A stretch of DNA of 64,000 nucleotides from a virus: positions 1 through 64,000 of IMG/VR virus record IMGVR_UViG_3300032313_001465; one strand, given 5' to 3'. Positions 60,300 to 64,000 of the stretch are shown here, piece by piece (within the stretch, counting starts at the first letter, position 1; each line of letters begins with the position of its first letter). The position numbers and the translations under genes are program-made. The notes beneath the pieces were generated by a model. The model was not told the DNA's origin and did not search any database. It was given only the letters and a program-made list of their open reading frames with translations.

Positions 60300-60521
60300 A
60301 TGATAAACGCAAAAACAAAAGCAGGAGAATTAGTATTAAAATTCATGAGGTTACAAGAACCTAATTATAATTGGTTCAATACAAGGTTAGCAGTAAAATG
60401 TGCTTTAATAACAGTTGATGAAATGTTAAATAACCCAAAGAACAATATGATGGATTTATCTGAGGAACTCCATGATGAATTTTGGAATGCAGTTAGAACA
60501 GAAATTAACCTTATTAAATAA
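60300..60521 (+). CDS. Hypothetical protein
   Basis: 73 aa. Confidence 0.6.
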   Translation: MINAKTKAGELVLKFMRLQEPNYNWFNTRLAVKCALITVDEMLNNPKNNMMDLSEELHDEFWNAVRTEINLIK

Positions 60522-60524
60522 GTA

Positions 60525-60588
60525 GTCACATCTAAGTCATATGAAAAATTTGGCGAAGCGGAACAGTGTTCGTATATTGATGTATAAT
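60525..60588 (+). promoter_or_regulatory. GTCAT-box promoter
   Basis: GTCAC-N6-GTCAT-N9-TTGG-N17-CGTATATT. Confidence 0.78.
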
Positions 60589-60602
60589 AAAAAAATAAAA
60601 AC

Positions 60603-60824
60603 ATGGCAACATTAATTAAAAAAGCAGTAGTACCAAAAATACAAGACATTCATAAATTCGAAATTGGTGAAGTGGTTGAATGGAGTAAACAATTCCATGA
60701 TGGCCGTAGTTATGAAACATGGAAATATTCAGGTGAGATTATCCGAATTAATCCTAAAACAGTTACTGTAGAGGATAGTAGTGGTAATATCTGGAGAGTA
60801 GGATATAAAGAAATTATTTTATAA
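60603..60824 (+). CDS. Small SH3/KOW-like beta-barrel protein
   Basis: FEIGEVV...GEIIRINPKTVTV...WRV. Confidence 0.55.
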   Translation: MATLIKKAVVPKIQDIHKFEIGEVVEWSKQFHDGRSYETWKYSGEIIRINPKTVTVEDSSGNIWRVGYKEIIL

Positions 60825-60826
60825 GT

Positions 60827-60890
60827 GTCATAACTAAGTCATACCGAAGGGTTGGCAGTTGTAAAAATGGTTTGTATATTGATGTATAAT
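60827..60890 (+). promoter_or_regulatory. GTCAT-box promoter
   Basis: Exact motif spacing. Confidence 0.8.
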
Positions 60891-60915
60891 TAAAAATTAA
60901 ATAAAAATAAAGGTT

Positions 60916-61386
60916 ATGTTTAAAGAAAGTAAAAAAATGGGTGAAGCAGTAAGAGCAGGTTCAGAACGTAGAGGTAGACCAGTTAAATCTGATAGTGCCC
61001 GTCAAATGAGATTAAATAAATTTGCTGAGTTAAAAGCAAATGGTATAGTAGTTAAAAGAGGTAGACCAGCTAAAGTAGTGGATCCAAATGCCCCGGTAAT
61101 TGTTAAAACACCTAAGGTTAAGGTACCTAAAGAACCTAAGGCGAAAAAAGCGAAATCAAGCGAGGTAAAAACGGAACCAACAGTTGTGTTGAGTGAGGGT
61201 GTAAACCATAAGACCGTTTCTCATCCAACAGGTAAACCAGTTACTTATATCCGTTCTCCTTATATAGTACAAGCAGCTGGTAAAGGATTTGAGGACGTAG
61301 CTCAAGACGGTGAATTAGAAATTGAAGATATCATTGTGGATGAGTTCGTTCCAAATGAAGATGATATTGCTGAATTAGAAGCATAG
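60916..61386 (+). CDS. AT-hook-containing protein with acidic tail
   Basis: RRGRP and KRGRP, Lys/Pro-rich linker, acidic C-terminus. Confidence 0.65.
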   Translation: MFKESKKMGEAVRAGSERRGRPVKSDSARQMRLNKFAELKANGIVVKRGRPAKVVDPNAPVIVKTPKVKVPKEPKAKKAKSSEVKTEPTVVLSEGVNHKTVSHPTGKPVTYIRSPYIVQAAGKGFEDVAQDGELEIEDIIVDEFVPNEDDIAELEA

Positions 61387-61473
61387 TATTGCTGAGAGAT
61401 AAAGAAGTAAATATATGGAAGAAGTGAGGTTAAGTCCCAACATAGTACATTAATGCTCAGTAATAAAATATAT

Positions 61474-61570
61474 AGTCAGGTGGCGCAATTGGTAGACGTT
61501 GTTCCTCTGTACAAGGAATGTAAAACGAGGTGATCCTCGTAGTATACAGGTTCAAATCCTGTCCTGACTA
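61474..61570 (+). tRNA. tRNA-Tyr(GTA)-like, non-canonical (scaffold copy 3)
   Basis: Acceptor stem, D arm with TGGTAGA, TTCCT-CTGTACA-AGGAA, long variable arm, T arm; 97 nt, C at position 37, no encoded CCA. Confidence 0.6.
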
Positions 61571-61604
61571 CAATTGTTGTGTTATTTTTAGTAATAAAAT
61601 ATAT

Positions 61605-61733
61605 AGTCAGGTGGCGAGTTGGAACACGCACCGAAACATTGACGTAAAAACTTTCTGACAGAAGTACAACGGAGTATCTGCTTTATCAATGTGCTGATGG
61701 ATACTATCACAGGTTCAAGTCCTGTCCTGACTA
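61605..61733 (+). ncRNA. tRNA-scaffold RNA copy 4 (129 nt, expanded core)
   Basis: Same acceptor and T stems and flanks as copy 3, with an unrelated core. Confidence 0.75.
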
Positions 61734-61764
61734 CAATTGTTGTGTTATTTTTTATTATTGGTAA

Positions 61765-61984
61765 TAGGGTCCTGCCATTAAATGGACCCCGACCGGCTGT
61801 ATTGGGATGGAAGCGTCCGCCTACATGCCGCTTTTTAAAAAACAACTTATGAAGTCTTCCGCACCGTAGTTGTTACTTACCATTTCGCTCATTGCGCAGC
61901 GCCGGAGGTAGGGTTGTTAGACGGAGTGAGGAGCAACACGGGATAGGCCGGGGCCAAACGTTGGTCCCTTGCCTCTCCCTTTTA
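61765..61984 (+). ncRNA. Candidate GC-rich structured RNA
   Basis: Multiple stems, ending in a long hairpin plus T tract. Confidence 0.5.
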
Positions 61985-62009
61985 ATGTCATCAATTAATT
62001 AATTATATA

Positions 62010-62267
62010 ATGAAAGTAAGAGCAAATTACTTAAACCGAAGTGCGAAACAAGCATTTTACACAGCACGTAAACGTAGTGGAGATGTTACTCGTATTGCTG
62101 AGGCAACCGGTTATTCAACATCACACATTTCAAATGTGATGTCAGGCCGAAGAAACGTTAATGATATTATTGCCAATGAAATGTACAATATATCAAGACG
62201 TAGAATGAAGAATAGTGATAAACCAGAGATGGTAGATTACGATTTTGAATTCGTAGTATCGTGGTAG
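62010..62267 (+). CDS. HTH DNA-binding protein
   Basis: TRIAEATGYSTSHISNVMSGRR. Confidence 0.7.
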   Translation: MKVRANYLNRSAKQAFYTARKRSGDVTRIAEATGYSTSHISNVMSGRRNVNDIIANEMYNISRRRMKNSDKPEMVDYDFEFVVSW

Positions 62268-62307
62268 GATAGGACAACGTACTTAGTAGGATAGGACTAC
62301 GTACTTA
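62264..62307. repeat. 22-bp tandem repeat, two copies
   Basis: GTAGGATAGGAC(A/T)ACGTACTTA twice. Confidence 0.85.
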
Positions 62308-62590
62308 GAACGTATGAGGTACTTGGGTGGGCGTATCGTACGGTCGCCCAGGTACGTTATATGCTCCCACGTGCGCCGTTATCCATCGATACGGCGGGCG
62401 ACGGAAAAGGTGCTTACATGTCCAAACCCATCGCATACGATCTCTCCACATCGATCTCATATATCCATATATATACAACATATGTAATCTATAATTTCCA
62501 AAATACCATTTCACGGCATTTTCACAACCCCACAACCCCTTCTTTTTATAACCCCTTTCACGTCGATAAACATATATACTTATATAAAGC

Positions 62591-62654
62591 GTCATGTAAG
62601 TGTCATATAAAATACTTGGCATCTCCAAATTTCGTTCGTATATTGATGTATAAT
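62591..62654 (+). promoter_or_regulatory. GTCAT-box promoter
   Basis: Exact motif spacing. Confidence 0.8.
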
Positions 62655-62667
62655 AAAAAACGTAAAA

Positions 62668-62859
62668 ATGAGTGAAACAACTAAGATTAGAAAGGGGCAT
62701 TACATCCACATTAAAAGTGGATTACACATCGTATTTTGTATGGGTGAGAAATATGGTTATTGGAACATATGGGATGATGAAGAAGAGTGGCAGATAGGAA
62801 TACCTACAAAATGGCAATGTATTGAAAAAATAGAAAAATTCTTTACCAACTTTAATTAA
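62668..62859 (+). CDS. Hypothetical protein
   Basis: 63 aa, after a promoter. Confidence 0.6.
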   Translation: MSETTKIRKGHYIHIKSGLHIVFCMGEKYGYWNIWDDEEEWQIGIPTKWQCIEKIEKFFTNFN

Positions 62860-62866
62860 ATAAATC

Positions 62867-63094
62867 ATGAAAGTAAAAGTAAGAACAAAATCAAATTTCA
62901 GACTTTTGAATGACAGATGGTTAGAATTGGTAGAGGTAGTAGGAACAAGAGTTACTACAAGACATTCATTTGCTGAATTCGGGACGCAGACCATAGACTT
63001 TACTCTAAGTGAAGTAGTGGAAATGGATACTACACAAAATGTAGAAAGGAATTTAGGTAGTATTTTTGATAGAGCACTTAAACCATTTATGTAA
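62867..63094 (+). CDS. Hypothetical protein
   Basis: 75 aa. Confidence 0.6.
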   Translation: MKVKVRTKSNFRLLNDRWLELVEVVGTRVTTRHSFAEFGTQTIDFTLSEVVEMDTTQNVERNLGSIFDRALKPFM

Positions 63095-63112
63095 TAATTT
63101 AAAATAATAAAA

Positions 63113-63751
63113 ATGAATAAGAAACTATTAAACACAAGAATTGAATCATTAACTGATGCTCATGGTATAGAAATTGTAGACTTTTATAAATCTCAAGGAT
63201 TTGATACTGGTGCATTTTGTGGTTATAATACTAGATTAGAGGGTAATACTCATAGATATTATGGGGTTAAAAGCAATGGTGATTTTTCTTCTTCTTCTTT
63301 TTCTACTGACTTCACCTTACTTACCCTAGAAGAAGCTAAACTATTAGTACAAGAAAAAACATATCCTAGAGTTATGTTGGTTAGTAATGTGAATAAGATT
63401 AAAACTGCTAAAAAAAGAGTAGTTTTTATGGAGAAAAATGGTAAATATCTAGCTTGGAATGGTGTAGAAACACTTGAAGAAGCAGAAAATGAAATGAATG
63501 TAGGTTATTGGGATTTTGCTTGGGAATTAGAAGAAAAAACAAGATTTCCATTTACATTAACTCCATTTAATGCCCAAAATATACTCAAAATAGCTTGTAA
63601 TAATTGGAAAGAGCCATTAGCTGAAAAATGGGCTAAAGACATAGTCTTAAACCAAAATATCTTAGTAGATGAACAATTCTACAAAGAAATGAGAAATGCT
63701 TGTACTACTCCACAAAATGAGCTATTTGACGAGATATTTGGTAAAGATTAA
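63113..63751 (+). CDS. Hypothetical protein
   Basis: 212 aa. Confidence 0.65.
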   Translation: MNKKLLNTRIESLTDAHGIEIVDFYKSQGFDTGAFCGYNTRLEGNTHRYYGVKSNGDFSSSSFSTDFTLLTLEEAKLLVQEKTYPRVMLVSNVNKIKTAKKRVVFMEKNGKYLAWNGVETLEEAENEMNVGYWDFAWELEEKTRFPFTLTPFNAQNILKIACNNWKEPLAEKWAKDIVLNQNILVDEQFYKEMRNACTTPQNELFDEIFGKD

Positions 63752-63961
63752 TAATTAAAGTTAAAAACAATCAAAAACAATTAAAATATGATAAGTAAAT
63801 ATTGGGGTTTAGTTTTTGGTGTTATTACTTTAATAGTGCTATTATTACTATTATTAAAAGGTGTTATATGGATTTTTACATAATAATATTGTTTAATTGA
63901 ACCATTATCGGAAATTGAAAGGGATAATTTAGAACTCCACACTCAAATTCAATTAAATAAA

Positions 63962-64000
63962 GTTGGGGTGGCGGAATAGTAGACGCAAATACATCCAGTT
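63962..64000 (+). tRNA. 5' part of a tRNA or tRNA-like RNA, cut by the window end
   Basis: GTTGGGG-TG-GCG-GAATAGTAGA-CGC D-arm pattern. Confidence 0.5.

Noticed and set aside
61459-61752. CRISPR array (repeat-variable-repeat pattern)
   Set aside because: Only two units, the repeats fold as tRNA acceptor and T arms, cores differ in length, and no cas operon is present
10088-62654. Repeated intergenic motif as a MITE or attC-like mobile repeat
   Set aside because: No terminal inverted repeats or target duplications; fixed-spacing short boxes upstream of start codons fit promoters better
62361-62675. 104-aa + strand ORF
   Set aside because: Atypical composition; it crosses the palindrome block and a promoter, so it is likely spurious
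129-63135. Minus-strand ORFs in the track (e.g. 21920..22306, 29218..29616, 41762..42181, 61588..61845, 62305..62709, 62722..63135)
   Set aside because: They are antisense shadows of + strand genes, promoters or structured RNAs, with no recognisable motifs
1-64000. Stop-codon reassignment
   Set aside because: Genes are full length and tightly packed under the standard code; TAA, TAG and TGA all terminate genes

Overview
AT-rich, essentially all + strand segment of a large tailed dsDNA phage with T4-like replication machinery and the standard genetic code. A-rich, Shine-Dalgarno-free leaders and TTGG/TATATT promoters suggest a Bacteroidota host (inference). 1-26.5 kb: replication and nucleotide-metabolism block with a small divergent PolA-like gene, SSB, UvsX/RecA, 5'-3' exonuclease, DnaB-like helicase, class II RNR with a LAGLIDADG intein, a 7-deazaguanine cluster (DpdA/TGT-like, QueC, QueD, QueE, FolE), dUTPase, a family B polymerase split into two genes, clamp, clamp loader and GroES/GroEL. 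26.7-39.7 kb: large glycosyltransferase, nucleotide-sugar and methyltransferase cluster. 40-64 kb: small-gene (probably early) region with DNA ligase, an RNA repair triad, ThyA, paralog families and many copies of a rigid promoter motif. Most unusual signals: (i) four tRNA-scaffold RNAs sharing near-identical acceptor and T arms but with completely different, individually structured cores; (ii) 13 promoters with an 11-bp-period GTCAT direct repeat resembling a Pho box; (iii) unrelated proteins sharing an N-terminal leader ending in L-x-E, a candidate capsid-targeting peptide; (iv) several unannotated structured RNAs and two GC-rich, palindrome-dense non-coding blocks. All calls are from motif recognition by eye; no searches were run.
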